Source of the DNA: Thermoplasmata archaeon
GTDB lineage: Archaea > Thermoplasmatota > Thermoplasmata > Thermoplasmatales > GCA-001856825
DNA length: 64,000 nt
Assembly (NCBI GenBank): GCA_021792255.1
Contig: JAJYUZ010000003.1
Coordinates: 256,001 to 320,000, forward strand
Direction: 5' to 3'
Positions within the stretch are counted from its first letter, which is position 1. Every line of letters starts with the position of its first letter. Both the position numbers and the translations under genes were made by a program. Below the pieces are notes generated by a model. That model saw nothing but the letters and a program-made list of their open reading frames with translations, was not told the DNA's origin and searched no databases. This document shows positions 37,184 through 47,335 of the stretch, piece by piece.

Positions 37184-38359
37184 CTACCACGCACTCCTAA
37201 GTATTCCTATAATCTCATCCTTAGAATTGACCGCTTTTGGGTTTCCAGCGATGGCAGTGTCAATGAGGGTCCTTTCTGCCAACATACCAAAATCATCCTC
37301 CTTTACGCCAATATCTCTGAGCCTTGTTGGAAGACCTAGGACCTTTATCAGGCTTCGAGTTGCCTCAATTGCATCTTCTGCTGTATTGCCTGCTCCTATT
37401 GCCTTAGCCATTTCACTGAGTTCGTGTCCAGCAACATCGCTGTTGAACTGCATCACATTTGGCAACATCACACTGGCTGCTATGCCGTGAGATATGTTGT
37501 AATAGCCACAAATCTGGTGATCTATTGCGTGCCCCACACCAACGTGGACATTCTTGGTACAGAACTGAACCATCCAAGAGGCGTAAAGCAAGTTATTTCT
37601 GGAATTCAAATCACTGGGTTTGTCGTGGCTCTGCTTAAGATTGGCAAAAAGTAGGGAAAGTGCGCCAAGCTGAATCACATCTGAAAATGGGTGATGTGTG
37701 TTGGAATATAGCCTTTCAACTCCATGATCTATAGCCTTTACACCGCTCGAAAGCCACAGTGTAGTTGGAGTGTCAAGAGTGATTTCGGGGTCGAGAATGA
37801 TGCTCTTTGCCAAAACATCCTCGGCATAGTACTGGTCTTTTCTTCCTGTATTCGTATCTGTAAGGCCTGCCTGATAGGTGAATTCAGCTCCGGATAAGGT
37901 TGTTGGTATTGCAAAAAGAGGGACTGATTCCCGGACGTGCTTGATTTTCTCATACCGGTAGGATACATTAGCCTTTTCTCTCTTGACCTTACCTATTAGA
38001 ATATCGAGATCCCCGTAAGTGTGTGCCATTATCATTCCTTTTGCCACGTCGACGTTGCTTCCCCCACCGAGGCTTATCACGGCATCCACATGGTTCTCTT
38101 TCATTTTTTCCAGGCCATCGTATACAGATGACAATGGAGAATTTTGTTTCGACCCAGCGTAGACGCAAGTGAGTTTACTGCCGAGAACATCCTTTACTTT
38201 TTCCAGGGCACTGCTCTTTGAAACGCTGTTGGTGGTGACTACGAGAACCTTGTTAGAATTGAACCTGTCAAGCTCCGACGGCAGCTTCTTCAGCGAATTT
38301 CTGCCGAATAGCACTTTCCAGTTCCTTTCGTTGTTGAATTCCCCTGCTATCTCGTTCAC
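37184..38359 (-). CDS. Iron-containing alcohol dehydrogenase family (maleylacetate-reductase-like)
   Basis: GGGSNVDVAK, PTTLSGAE, IDHGVE, GHAIDH, SHG. Confidence 0.85.
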   Translation of the reverse strand: MNEIAGEFNNERNWKVLFGRNSLKKLPSELDRFNSNKVLVVTTNSVSKSSALEKVKDVLGSKLTCVYAGSKQNSPLSSVYDGLEKMKENHVDAVISLGGGSNVDVAKGMIMAHTYGDLDILIGKVKREKANVSYRYEKIKHVRESVPLFAIPTTLSGAEFTYQAGLTDTNTGRKDQYYAEDVLAKSIILDPEITLDTPTTLWLSSGVKAIDHGVERLYSNTHHPFSDVIQLGALSLLFANLKQSHDKPSDLNSRNNLLYASWMVQFCTKNVHVGVGHAIDHQICGYYNISHGIAASVMLPNVMQFNSDVAGHELSEMAKAIGAGNTAEDAIEATRSLIKVLGLPTRLRDIGVKEDDFGMLAERTLIDTAIAGNPKAVNSKDEIIGILRSAW

Positions 38360-38386
38360 TTTATTTCACCCTTGCTTAGTTATGAC

Positions 38387-39793
38387 TTAAGATGCAACCT
38401 TCTCGAGCTCCATTTTGTTTGAATTTGGCATGAATATGACTGTAATGAAAATCACAACCATCGCCGAACCCACAAAAATGAAAACGTCTAGTACGCTCCT
38501 GATCAGAAGATATGCAATAATGTAAGAGGACAATGCGCCTGACACCCTGCTCATAGCGTACCCAAAACCGCCAGCACTAGCTCTTATACGGGTAGGGAAC
38601 ATTTCTTCCTGATATGCGTGTATAACTGGAGAATACCAGTTCGTCAAGATCGATAATATAACTCCGGTTATGACTATCAATACTATAGTCGGTGAATATG
38701 CGAACGCTAAACCGTCGGCCGCAACGAGAAGTGAAAGTATTCCAATCTGCCAGCGACGCTGAAAAACTTCGGCAAAGAGAGAGCCGATATAACCGCCGAT
38801 TGGAATGAACATTGCTATCAGGAAAGAATAGAACAATGCATGGGTTATGGTGAATCCCCTGGTCACAAGAATTGTTGCAGTGAATGATGCGAATCCAAAA
38901 TATCCTATTGACTGCATGAATTGAATGATACTCATGCCCAGCAATCTTTTTCCGTATTTTCCACTAAAAGCTTCTTTGAGAGGAACTTTCGTTTCCTTTT
39001 CGACCTTCGTGTCGGTCTTCACTGGAGGCAGGGTTATATTCAACTCTGAGGCTGCTCCGAGTTCAATCTCTTTTACCAACCGATCTGCTTTCTCATATTC
39101 TCCCTTTAACTCGTACCAGCGTGGAGTCTCAGTAAGTTTTCTGATCAATGGCCAAAAAAGGAGTGCACCAAATCCCCCAATTAGAAAGACCCATCTCCAA
39201 CCCGCTAGGAAAAAGGTACGAGGTACGAGCAAGAATGAGATAAAAGCAACTGTAGTGGCTGCCGTAAATCCTATAGTGTACGCATATACAACGTATTTAC
39301 CTCTCTTTGCTTTTGGAATAGTCTCTCCAAGATATGTGTCTACCAGAATGTACTGGGCCGCCATCGCTGCTCCTGCGAAAAACCTCGCAATAGTCATCAT
39401 CTGCCAGTTTACGGAAAGGGCAAGTATTATGGTAAATATGGAATACGCCAACAGAGTCCATAGGAACAGATGCCTTCTTCCGTATCTATCAGCAGTTATT
39501 CCCAGAAAGATTGATCCTAGCGCCATTCCTGAAAATTGACCTGCGAGAACTATGCCCACCTGAGACAACGTTAGAAAGTGGGCAGCAAGTAATGCAGCCA
39601 GAACATAGCTAACTGCATAAAGATCGTAATTATCGAACCACTCTCCTATTCCAACCCTCCCAAGCACTTTTCTATGGAAGCTGTAAATAGGAACATTGTC
39701 GAGTCGCTCCCCGACATTCACGGTGCTATATATTGCCTCTTTACCTGGCCCCGTCACCGGTGCCTGGTCACTTTCTTTCACACCTTTGTCCAT
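38387..39793 (-). CDS. MFS transporter (organic/aromatic acid:H+ symporter-like)
   Basis: ADRYGRR motif A, ETPRW, EMFPTRIRA; about 12 TM helices. Confidence 0.88.
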   Translation of the reverse strand: MDKGVKESDQAPVTGPGKEAIYSTVNVGERLDNVPIYSFHRKVLGRVGIGEWFDNYDLYAVSYVLAALLAAHFLTLSQVGIVLAGQFSGMALGSIFLGITADRYGRRHLFLWTLLAYSIFTIILALSVNWQMMTIARFFAGAAMAAQYILVDTYLGETIPKAKRGKYVVYAYTIGFTAATTVAFISFLLVPRTFFLAGWRWVFLIGGFGALLFWPLIRKLTETPRWYELKGEYEKADRLVKEIELGAASELNITLPPVKTDTKVEKETKVPLKEAFSGKYGKRLLGMSIIQFMQSIGYFGFASFTATILVTRGFTITHALFYSFLIAMFIPIGGYIGSLFAEVFQRRWQIGILSLLVAADGLAFAYSPTIVLIVITGVILSILTNWYSPVIHAYQEEMFPTRIRASAGGFGYAMSRVSGALSSYIIAYLLIRSVLDVFIFVGSAMVVIFITVIFMPNSNKMELEKVAS

Positions 39794-39848
39794 GTCACGC
39801 AAGAGACTGAGACGGGTATATTTATATTTATATGGACATGTCCCACTT

Positions 39849-40541
39849 ATGTTCTTTAAGGCAATGATTGATCACAGTGATTGCTGGAGCCAAGTTTTAT
39901 CTGGATACGACAACATAACTGGAGAGCTGATGTTTCAAAACGTTAGAGAGGATTCGATAGATGCCACCGTCCTTTTTAAGTGTATACAAAGAGGTGAAAA
40001 GAAAGTCTTTCAAAGTTTTTTCGAGGAGTTAAAGAATCACTCCAGAATACTATCCTTCAAGAGTACTACTTCCCTTGACCATGGTTATTGTAGAGTAGTA
40101 AGACTTGAGGCAAGTCGGGATGTAAGTTTCTCCGACCTATTGCTTAGATCGGACACTTACACCATTAAGGAATTTTTCATCAAAGGATATGAACTGTGGT
40201 ACTGGTTCGTGGGAACTTCCAATATGAACTATTTCCTTGAACAGGTGAAACCAAGGACCAAGTCTATCAGAATCAAGAATTTGGGGAATTCACTTTCGCT
40301 GGAGCAATTTACCTGGCTTAATGAACCGATGACTCCATCACAGGAAGAAATCTTGGGCGAACTTTTTTATAACGGCTACTTTGAAAAATCTCAGAGACCT
40401 GGCTTACGAGATATTTCCAAAAAAATGAATATAAGTAAATCCAGTTTGGCCCGAAAATACAGAAATGCGATCGGAACGTTGGTGTCAAATCATGTCGCCA
40501 AGATCAAAAAAATGGACGAACTCCTACAATTGGACTTATAA
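39849..40541 (+). CDS. Bat-type (HTH-10) transcriptional regulator
   Basis: N-terminal HSDCW; C-terminal MTPSQEEIL...GYFE..RPGLRDISKKM.ISKSS; divergent from the operon across a 55-bp gap. Confidence 0.8.
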   Translation: MFFKAMIDHSDCWSQVLSGYDNITGELMFQNVREDSIDATVLFKCIQRGEKKVFQSFFEELKNHSRILSFKSTTSLDHGYCRVVRLEASRDVSFSDLLLRSDTYTIKEFFIKGYELWYWFVGTSNMNYFLEQVKPRTKSIRIKNLGNSLSLEQFTWLNEPMTPSQEEILGELFYNGYFEKSQRPGLRDISKKMNISKSSLARKYRNAIGTLVSNHVAKIKKMDELLQLDL

Positions 40542-41334
40542 CGTGAATTGTCTCCACTGACAGAAATACAAACACTTTTCCAGTTCTCTTTGATTTAGTG
40601 GCGGTAAAAGAGGGGAGTTCGGGATTTTATCAGGTTGTAAAAAGAAGAAAAGAAAATAATTGATTAGGCGCGTGTAAATGGCAAAGTCCTTATCCTACAA
40701 ACAGTGACTTCACAAAAGAGGACTTTCGCAACAGTAGGGAACATATGTTATACCCTCGGAAACGCATATATCTAAGTCCTTGCAATAATCCGCTAACGAC
40801 AGAATCATCTTTGAGATTTAGTACATAAGGGCAATCTCAGATGCCCTCTTGTCTTCGGTTGTGAAATTGACATAGAAACTTCCAGGTTCATTTGTCGTTG
40901 GAGTACTAATTATGAAATTCTCTTCAATGGGTTCCATAATTCTCCAGACCACTGAATCATCTAACTAATTGCTATGCCCCACACCTTCTCAGGATTCGAA
41001 CAGTGCTACATTTATAATACTAGCGTGGAAGAATAACTGTAGATTTGCTTCTGAGGTCAAGTCCTTCAGTTGAAGAGAAGTTTCTTGTAGCCTTGGAACT
41101 CGTTTCAACTTCGACTAAGTTCGGGAGATAAAAAGTTAATATTTAATTCTAAACTCTGGAGATTTCCCAAAGTGAAGGTTCTATCGTATGAAAAATAGAG
41201 CCAAAAAAAGTATCTGATCCCGACGGGTTAATTCTTGCGATACTTGGAAGATTGGGACTTGGGTCTTGTCTATTCCATAACCCGATAGGATCTCGTTAAG
41301 CGTTTCTGCTTATTACTCTGCGCTTAACCTTAGC

Positions 41335-42027
41335 TTAGTGGACGTACAGCGTTCCTGCCATCCATCCTGGAGTGCTCATCGCACCCTCCCAACCGGTGGG
41401 TCCGCTGCCACACGATACTTCACACTGCCAGGTGTAGGTCCCTGGATGCAATATGAATGAGGTCTGGACCACGCTTGAGGGTGTGATCGGCAAGTTGAGC
41501 ACCACGTTACTCCCGTTCTGAACAGTGAATGTATGAGCAATGTTGTTGACTGGCACTGACGAAACCTGTTCGCTACCATTCAGCAAGATCCCGTTGGCGT
41601 TTTCTGAAGAGTTTACGTTAGTGTTGTTGAATATTGCCTCCTTTCCATTCAGAGTTCCGGTAACATTTGCATAAACAGCGCCAACTGAGCCATTCCCGTC
41701 GTCATAATTTATGATCGTCACGTCTATCTGTTCATTTGCTGGTATGGTTATGTTGGCCGATGATTTCAGAGTTCCATTCTGAAGAACAAAGAAGGCAGGT
41801 TGATATCCGGTACTAGTGTTATAAAAGTTGTTAGTTGTCACGACCAAAATTAACTGAAAGGGACCGCTGTTGGCTGAGGTAATCTTACCCTGGCTCGAAG
41901 TAAGACTGCTGTTCGCCATAAAATAACCCGCGAACAGACCAGTTCCGATGCCTAAGGAAATTATGGCGACAACAGCTGCTATTACGATAACATTCGTAAT
42001 GGTTTTATTATGCAATTTAGCCACCAT
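41335..42027 (-). CDS. Membrane-anchored cupredoxin-like (sulfocyanin/rusticyanin-related) protein
   Basis: TM anchor; AHTFTV...PGTYTWQCEVSCG...AMSTPGWMAG. Confidence 0.7.
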   Translation of the reverse strand: MVAKLHNKTITNVIVIAAVVAIISLGIGTGLFAGYFMANSSLTSSQGKITSANSGPFQLILVVTTNNFYNTSTGYQPAFFVLQNGTLKSSANITIPANEQIDVTIINYDDGNGSVGAVYANVTGTLNGKEAIFNNTNVNSSENANGILLNGSEQVSSVPVNNIAHTFTVQNGSNVVLNLPITPSSVVQTSFILHPGTYTWQCEVSCGSGPTGWEGAMSTPGWMAGTLYVH

Positions 42028-42256
42028 TAAATAATTACGACGTGGCATATCTCTTTTTGTGCACGTCTATGCACTTCCAGTTACTAAACCGTAGCAAGGT
42101 AACCATTACAGACAAGACAAATTTTCCTCCACTTTTCGAAGAATTTCTGAAGTTTAGAGGAGAATTCGCAACCCAAATTCAACTTTTATCATCCATTGCG
42201 ATACTATGACTCGAGTGGGCACAAGAAGTTAAATTCAGAAGAAACATTTGCCCAAA

Positions 42257-42341
42257 GCGGGGGTTGCCGAGCTAGGTTAAAGGTACCAGACTTAAGATCT
42301 GGTTCCGTAGGGATTCGGGGGTTCAAATCCCCTCCCCCGCA
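42257..42341 (+). tRNA. tRNA-Leu(UAA)
   Basis: GCGGGGG/CCCCCGC acceptor; CCAGA-CTTAAGA-TCTGG; long variable arm; GTTCAAATC. Confidence 0.95.
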
Positions 42342-42438
42342 TCCCAAAATTGTCCAGTGTTCCGCTGTCTTTGAATCTCTTCATTCTCTCTGAATCGCGA
42401 ATGCATAACAGTTAATAATTTGTGAAGGAATACCAATT

Positions 42439-43275
42439 ATGGATGTAAGCCCTGATATCCTCGCAAGAGGGAAGGCAAAGGTAGTCGCAGTCATAGGTGC
42501 TGGGAAAATCGGAGAAGCAATTGCTACAAAAATGTCAAAATCTGGAATTGTAAAAAAGGTAATTGTCACAAAGAGAAATGTTGACACTTTGAATATCTCC
42601 TCAAAGAAGATTCAAATCACATCCAACAACTCGCTTGCTGCAAAAGGAGCCGATGTGATCTTTCTGTCAGTGAAGGCTGCGGATGCAAAAGAAGTTCTTG
42701 GAGAAATATCGGGCCATGCAAAGGGAAAGCTCGTGATATCCGTAATGGCTGCAGTTTCGATCAAGAAACTAGAAAGAGCACTTCCTGGTTCGTTCATAAT
42801 ACGGGCGATGCCCAACATTTCTGCGATGATTGGAGAAGCGGTCACCGCTTATTCACTAGGTACCGGTGTGAAAGAAGAACACTCGAGCACTGCAAGAGTC
42901 CTTTTCGGAAGTTTTGGAACGCATGTCGAGGTACCAGAGTCCGCCATGGATGCAGTCACAGCAATAAGCGGAAGTGGACCCGCTTACATAGCGGTACTTA
43001 TAGATGCTATGATTAGCGGAGCACTGAAGGTTGGCCTCTCCAGAGATGTAGCCTTCAAACTCGTTACCAAGACTCTCACCGGAACTGCTGATCTTCTGGA
43101 GCAACACAAGATGCATCCTGCCGAATTGAGGGATATAGTGACCACTCCAGCGGGAACCACAATTGCGGGAATTTATGAGCTTGAGAAAGGTTCATTCAGG
43201 ACTAGTATAATGAATGCAATAGAAGCCGCAACACAGGCTTCTAGCAAGGTCGGTGCAAAATTCGAGAGTGAATGA
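42439..43275 (+). CDS. proC: Pyrroline-5-carboxylate reductase
   Basis: IGAGKIG, RAMPN, SGSGPAY, VTTPAGTT. Confidence 0.95.
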   Translation: MDVSPDILARGKAKVVAVIGAGKIGEAIATKMSKSGIVKKVIVTKRNVDTLNISSKKIQITSNNSLAAKGADVIFLSVKAADAKEVLGEISGHAKGKLVISVMAAVSIKKLERALPGSFIIRAMPNISAMIGEAVTAYSLGTGVKEEHSSTARVLFGSFGTHVEVPESAMDAVTAISGSGPAYIAVLIDAMISGALKVGLSRDVAFKLVTKTLTGTADLLEQHKMHPAELRDIVTTPAGTTIAGIYELEKGSFRTSIMNAIEAATQASSKVGAKFESE

Positions 43276-43333
43276 CCCCCTTTTCAGGTAAAATTCCATC
43301 AAGTTTATCTGTAAGGTTTCTTTATAAATCACA

Positions 43334-43942
43334 ATGGAAGAGTTTGAAATAGTTGAGCATGTACCAGATAAATCGGGCAAGGGATTCTCAGTAATTGCGA
43401 TAGATTTCAACGGTCCAAAGTTTGTGAAGATCAACGCAGTCGAAGAACCTAAGGCATACACAACGATAAAGATAGATGGAGACAAGGCACTCTATGGTGA
43501 GAAGCAAATAGGCAGAGTGACCGATAGGAAGGATTCAAGCGAAGTGAGAATCAGCACCAAGTACGACATCAAATATACAGGGGGTTATTCGCTAGACGGG
43601 AAGACCGTCTATCTGGACGAGCACTTCCCAAAGAAGCTGATGGTGGAAGGCAAGGAAATAAGTGCAGAAGAGAGCATTGGATTCCACCACGAACTGCCAG
43701 AAAAGTGGATGTCCGACATAGGTTACGAATATCCTCACGCGCACGAGATTGCGACCGGAATCGAAAAGAAGTACGTCGAATCTCAGGGAGTCACCTGGAA
43801 GGGGTATTGCACAGAAGTCGATAAGAATCTGAGACTCGTTTACAGGAACAAACTGGAGAAATCTCCACCTTCTCTTGACCTGGCACCATACCTTTATTGT
43901 AGGGACAGGGAAGCGCTAAAGGAGATAAGAGAGAGTAAGTGA
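43334..43942 (+). CDS. Hypothetical protein with putative metal site
   Basis: YDIKYTGGYSLDGKTVYLD...HHELPEK...YPHAHEIATGIE. Confidence 0.65.
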   Translation: MEEFEIVEHVPDKSGKGFSVIAIDFNGPKFVKINAVEEPKAYTTIKIDGDKALYGEKQIGRVTDRKDSSEVRISTKYDIKYTGGYSLDGKTVYLDEHFPKKLMVEGKEISAEESIGFHHELPEKWMSDIGYEYPHAHEIATGIEKKYVESQGVTWKGYCTEVDKNLRLVYRNKLEKSPPSLDLAPYLYCRDREALKEIRESK

Positions 43943-44022
43943 CTTTAGCCTATTTTTCCAAAATATTGCTCTTCATTTGAACAAGAGTTAATAGATAGCT
44001 TTACATTAAGAATGGAAGACAA

Positions 44023-44196
44023 ATGAGTCGTCAGATTACGAACCTGTCGTTTTTTCTTCTGATCATCTCATTTTTTATTGCGACCTTGGGGGTTTGGTAC
44101 TTGACCGGTCTATCGGTGAAGTACTTCGCACTGGCGACCAAAGATCATCTTCTCGCTTTTTTCAAAGGCGTCGTTGACTTCTTCAATGTCTTCTGA
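44023..44196 (+). CDS. 57-aa membrane peptide (not in ORF track)
   Basis: MSRQITNLSFFLLIISFFIATLGVWYLTGLSVKYFALATKDHLLAFFKGVVDFFNVF*. Confidence 0.5.
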   Translation: MSRQITNLSFFLLIISFFIATLGVWYLTGLSVKYFALATKDHLLAFFKGVVDFFNVF

Positions 44197-44308
44197 TGCC
44201 GAGTGGAAGGGACTTCCTTAACGGACCTATTTTCTGATTTGACTGGTTTATCGTGGAGTTACAGGTCTGTATTAGAAGAATAAATTTAGTTAGACGCAAT
44301 TCCCCCAC

Positions 44309-45472
44309 ATGGGTCCAAGAATCCTGTTGTACACAGGAAAGGGTGGAGTTGGAAAGACGAGCATCGCTGCTTCAACGGCGTGTTCGATTGCTAAGAGAAA
44401 GAAGAAAACGTTAGTCATTTCCACCGATCCAGCTCATAGCCTAGGAGATGCTTTTGGTACCGAGATAGGACCGAAACCTAAACAGTTGACGGAGAATCTT
44501 TACGCCCAGGAGATAAGCGTTAATGAGGCAATAAATACCCACTGGAATGAACTGAAGGGATACCTCACAGGATTGTTTCAGACGGAAGGACTGGATCCAA
44601 TTTCTGCGGAAGAAATAGCCACGCTTCCCGGGTTCGACGAAGCATCTCAGCTGCTCTACTTGAGACAGCATTATGACGAAAAGAAGTATGATGCGATCAT
44701 AATCGATAGTGCACCGACTGGAGAGTCCCTGAAGCTCCTCTCGTTCCCAGAAGCACTTACGTGGTACATGGACAAAATATTCCCAGTAGGAAGACTTGCA
44801 GCAAAGCTGGTTCGCCCCGTTTGGAATACTGTTTCAAATCTTTCTATACCAGACGACGAGGTCTTCAGGAGCGTTGAAAGCCTCTATGATTATCTTAGGA
44901 AGATCCGGTCAATCCTAACAGATTCCAAGATTTCTACGATCAGACTCGTAATGAATCCTGACAAAATGTCCCTCAGCGAAACGAAGAGAGCCTTCACGTA
45001 TCTTCTTCTCTATGGTTATCCAGTCGATTCAGTTTTTGTGAACAAGATTTACGACGAAACCACCGGTTCCTTCTTCAAAGGATGGAGGTCAAATCAAGGA
45101 GAAATAATCAAGGACGTCAATGATTCTTTTACGGATCTCAAGATATTCAAGGTACCGATGCTGAAGGAAGAGCCAATTGGCTTAGAGAGACTCGAAGATA
45201 TGTCGGATCTGATCTATACTGATACAGACCCTCTTGATACCTTTTCGAAGGAGAAGAGCATCCAATTCATCAAGAAGGATGGAAAATATATCATCAGACT
45301 GAAACTGCCATTTGCAGAAAAGAAGAATCTGGAAATATTCAACAAGGGAGGGGAACTCATAATTCAGCTCGGGAACTGGAAGAGAGTTTTTTATCTTCCA
45401 ACAGTCTTCTCTGACAGAAACCCAGTAAAGGCAGAGTTTATTAACGGCGTTCTTGATATAGAAATGGAGTAG
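44309..45472 (+). CDS. ArsA/GET3-family ATPase with C-terminal HSP20-like domain
   Basis: GKGGVGKTS, STDPAHSL, DSAPTG; C-terminal LKLPFA...GGELII..GNWKR. Confidence 0.88.
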   Translation: MGPRILLYTGKGGVGKTSIAASTACSIAKRKKKTLVISTDPAHSLGDAFGTEIGPKPKQLTENLYAQEISVNEAINTHWNELKGYLTGLFQTEGLDPISAEEIATLPGFDEASQLLYLRQHYDEKKYDAIIIDSAPTGESLKLLSFPEALTWYMDKIFPVGRLAAKLVRPVWNTVSNLSIPDDEVFRSVESLYDYLRKIRSILTDSKISTIRLVMNPDKMSLSETKRAFTYLLLYGYPVDSVFVNKIYDETTGSFFKGWRSNQGEIIKDVNDSFTDLKIFKVPMLKEEPIGLERLEDMSDLIYTDTDPLDTFSKEKSIQFIKKDGKYIIRLKLPFAEKKNLEIFNKGGELIIQLGNWKRVFYLPTVFSDRNPVKAEFINGVLDIEME

Positions 45473-45473
45473 C

Positions 45474-45662
45474 ATGGCAGAAGATGATAAGGAAGACAGG
45501 ATCACGATAGAAATCAAGATAACGGTACCTTCAATGAGCCACGGCGTTGGAAGTGCCCTGAATCACTTCTTAAAAGCATCCGAGGAAATAATGAAGGCAG
45601 GTAAGTCTGTCATGGTCAAGCCAGAAATAAAAACAAAAATGAAGAAAGTAGAGATAAAATAA
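45474..45662 (+). CDS. Small protein coupled to ArsA-like ATPase
   Basis: Starts 1 nt after the stop; amphipathic ALNHFLKASEEIMKAG; ends KKVEIK. Confidence 0.65.
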   Translation: MAEDDKEDRITIEIKITVPSMSHGVGSALNHFLKASEEIMKAGKSVMVKPEIKTKMKKVEIK

Positions 45663-45970
45663 CTACATCCTCGTCTCTTTGACTTCAGAAATACTGCACA
45701 GAATAGTTGTCGATTTAATTCCTAACCTTTTTCGTTTTCCCTGACTTTTTTTTACCCCAGTTTCATTATAATCTATGGAGAATATTAATCGTTAAATATA
45801 GTTGCATCATCCATAATACGTATGATTTCCATTGCTGCTCTTTTTGGTACAATAGGGAAAGGCATTCTCGGCTTGAGAAGCAGCTGGAGTTTTGCTAACA
45901 CGGTAGATCTGCTGCGTAGCTTCACAACAGCAATAGCGTTCAATAAAAAGGAGCGTCCGTTCCTTCTTTC

Positions 45971-46828
45971 TCACCTGGAGCTAATGAAAATTCCAATCGC
46001 AATTAGCACAAATCCACCTAGGTTCAATGGATTTAGAGTTTCGTTATTCAAAAATGTGCTGAACAAGATGGAAAGTGCTGGAACGGCAAAGAGATATGGA
46101 GATACGTGAGAGACCCTGTACTTCTTGATCAGACTCCAGTAGATGAAATATGCTGCGGAAGATCCAATAGCCCCCATATAGAGAGTGAGGAGGATGAAGT
46201 TGAAAGTTAGTGGTTTTAATCCACCATAGAAGAGGGTCACAACGAGTATTACGGGGATCGCGAACAAAAACTGGTAGGTGTTGACTGCCCCCATATCGGC
46301 ATCTCTCAGGTACTTCTTGTAATAAATTGTTCCAGCTGACCAAGAAACGGCAGATCCAACCAACAGGAACAGGCCTATGCTATAACTGACAGAGAGCTGA
46401 TTTATGAAAATTACTACTACCCCCACAAATCCTATGAACAGACCCAGAATCTTTCCAGTTGACAGCTTCTCCTGCAGAAACAACCAGGAAAAGAAAACAG
46501 AAACGATAGGATATGTGTATACAAGAATTGAAGAGATAGAAGAACTTTCGGTTCTCTCCCCCACGAACCATAGCCCCATGAATATTGAGATATTGAAAAG
46601 GCTCATCAAAAAGAGTTTACCAATGCCTATGCTCCTGAGTGACCTTAGAGCGGAATATGAGAAAGGAATTGAGAATACCGAAGCAAATATTATTCTGAAG
46701 AGGAGGGCCACCATCGGAGGCTCGTAGAGCAGTGCAAACTTCAGAAAAGAGTAGTTTAGGGCCCATGAAGAAGACATGATCAAGAAAAGCAAAATGTCAA
46801 GGGGTTTAGTTCCTCTGTAGTTCACCAA
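45971..46828 (-). CDS. EamA/DMT transporter
   Basis: Two EamA halves, about 10 TM helices. Confidence 0.88.
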   Translation of the reverse strand: MVNYRGTKPLDILLFLIMSSSWALNYSFLKFALLYEPPMVALLFRIIFASVFSIPFSYSALRSLRSIGIGKLFLMSLFNISIFMGLWFVGERTESSSISSILVYTYPIVSVFFSWLFLQEKLSTGKILGLFIGFVGVVVIFINQLSVSYSIGLFLLVGSAVSWSAGTIYYKKYLRDADMGAVNTYQFLFAIPVILVVTLFYGGLKPLTFNFILLTLYMGAIGSSAAYFIYWSLIKKYRVSHVSPYLFAVPALSILFSTFLNNETLNPLNLGGFVLIAIGIFISSR

Positions 46829-46975
46829 CGGTCAATCCATAGCGACCATATATCGTTTTTCAGATATTTTTCGTCCTAAGGTAATATGGGAATAATTTAC
46901 TTCTTTGTCAGAGATGTAATTAAGACCAGAAAAGTGTGTAGGTTAATTATATTAACTTAGTTTATATATGGGATT

Positions 46976-47335
46976 GTGCAACACAGTCATTATGACATGG
47001 AAACCAGAAAGAATTCCACTTGTCCTGTGGAAAGAACCCTATACATACTGAGGGATGTCTGGACTTTCATGATATTAAGAGATCTCGAGCCTGAATCTAA
47101 AGGATTCAACCAACTCAAGAAATCTGTCGAAGGTATCTCATCCCGAATGCTCTCGGAAAAACTGAAGTTTTTGGAGGAAGAAGGAATTCTCAGTAGAACT
47201 GTCAGTGATTCTAGGCCGGTGCGAGTCACTTACGCGCTTTCCGAAAAGGGGAAGTCTCTGAGCGCAGTAGTCGAATCAATGAGACACTGGGGAGATATGT
47301 GGATATCGACAAGTAGGGAGAACTGTGACAACTGA
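46976..47335 (+). CDS. HxlR-family regulator
   Basis: CPVERTL...WTFMILRDL...F.QL...GISSRMLS..LK.LE..G...V.Y.L. Confidence 0.88.
   Translation: MQHSHYDMETRKNSTCPVERTLYILRDVWTFMILRDLEPESKGFNQLKKSVEGISSRMLSEKLKFLEEEGILSRTVSDSRPVRVTYALSEKGKSLSAVVESMRHWGDMWISTSRENCDN

Noticed and set aside
19436-40690. Shared GCGCGTGTAAA(+GGCAA) near 19436 and 40668 as IS ends
   Set aside because: A match this short is expected by chance in 64 kb; no matching opposite ends or transposase.
44309-45472. Arsenic resistance operon
   Set aside because: No arsB/acr3, arsC, arsD or arsR adjacent; the architecture fits the HSP20-tailed ArsA-like subfamily.
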